64,000 nt of DNA from NCBI GenBank assembly GCA_016176525.1, contig JACOWZ010000003.1, positions 128,001-192,000 on the forward strand. Direction: 5' to 3'. Shown one piece after another: positions 63,686 to 64,000 of this stretch. The notes below the pieces were generated by a model. That model searched no databases, was not told the DNA's origin, and saw only the letters and a list, made by a program, of their open reading frames with translations. The DNA comes from Candidatus Colwellbacteria bacterium (GTDB lineage Bacteria; Patescibacteriota; Minisyncoccia; UBA6257; Colwellbacteraceae). The first letter of the stretch is position 1. Every line of letters begins with the position of its first letter. Made by a program: the position numbers and the translations under genes.

Positions 63686-63826
63686 TTTTTCTTCCTCCTC
63701 TTCTTTTTTTAACCTAGCCAACCACCTTAGTTGGCCTGCTGCTTTGCAGCTTAGCAGATTTTTAACGCTTTGTCAAGATTGGCGTTTGATTTTATACAAA
63801 TTCCGTAGTAATTTTTCAGAGTACAA

Positions 63827-63897
63827 GGGCCCATAGTTCAATGGCAGAATGACGGTCTCCAAAACCGTTGATCTAGGTTCAAATCCTGGTGGGCCCG
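63827..63897 (+). tRNA. tRNA-Trp(CCA)
   Basis: ACGGT-CTCCAAA-ACCGT arm; G73. Confidence 0.93.
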
Positions 63898-63926
63898 CCG
63901 ACTGCTGCACATTAAAAGGTGAATAC

Positions 63927-64000
63927 ATGGACAACAACAAAATCTTAGAAGTAATAGCTAAATACCGAGAAATGTTTGAGCGGAAAAATATCCCTAAAAA
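63927..64000 (+). CDS. Start of a hypothetical protein, runs off the window
   Basis: AGGTGA RBS then ATG; MDNNKILEVIAKYREMFERKNIPK... Confidence 0.5.
   Translation, partial: MDNNKILEVIAKYREMFERKNIPK

Noticed and set aside
1-64000. CRISPR array, prophage, integrase or transposase
   Set aside because: No regularly spaced repeat-spacer units and no recognisable phage, recombinase or transposase motifs in any ORF.
1-64000. Alternative genetic code (UGA read as Gly, code 25)
   Set aside because: Conserved genes are full length under code 11 and TGA acts as a normal stop (for example 2871-2873, 34497-34499).

Overview
A 64 kb chromosomal segment of a Patescibacteria (CPR, Parcubacteria-like) bacterium, genetic code 11. 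The assignment is inferred from the short InfB and ValS, split transketolase and phosphomannomutase, dispersed tRNAs and gene style. It carries housekeeping genes (thyA, cca, tsaD, valS, infB, rbfA, tkt, rpe, clpB, htrA, iscS, ftsK, recA, folD, glyA, recG) and 14 tRNAs, many without an encoded CCA. No CRISPR array, integrase or transposase is visible. Main unexplained signals: (1) a ~650 nt ORF-poor, densely base-paired region next to tRNA-Glu with a candidate promoter, possibly a large ncRNA; (2) four dispersed kinase-less sensors (two PAS proteins, two ethylene-receptor-like membrane proteins) ending in the same 'LExxN-x-M-x-x-RE' tail, which resembles a His-to-Arg pseudo-HisKA helix, alongside a kinase with no extracytoplasmic sensor, three receivers and a KaiC-like pair; (3) an adjacent dockerin/cohesin surface-protein pair inside that signalling locus; (4) short palindromes and heptamer repeats sitting in frame inside housekeeping genes; (5) a HIT paralog that appears to start at ACG, and two distinct promoter/RBS grammars.
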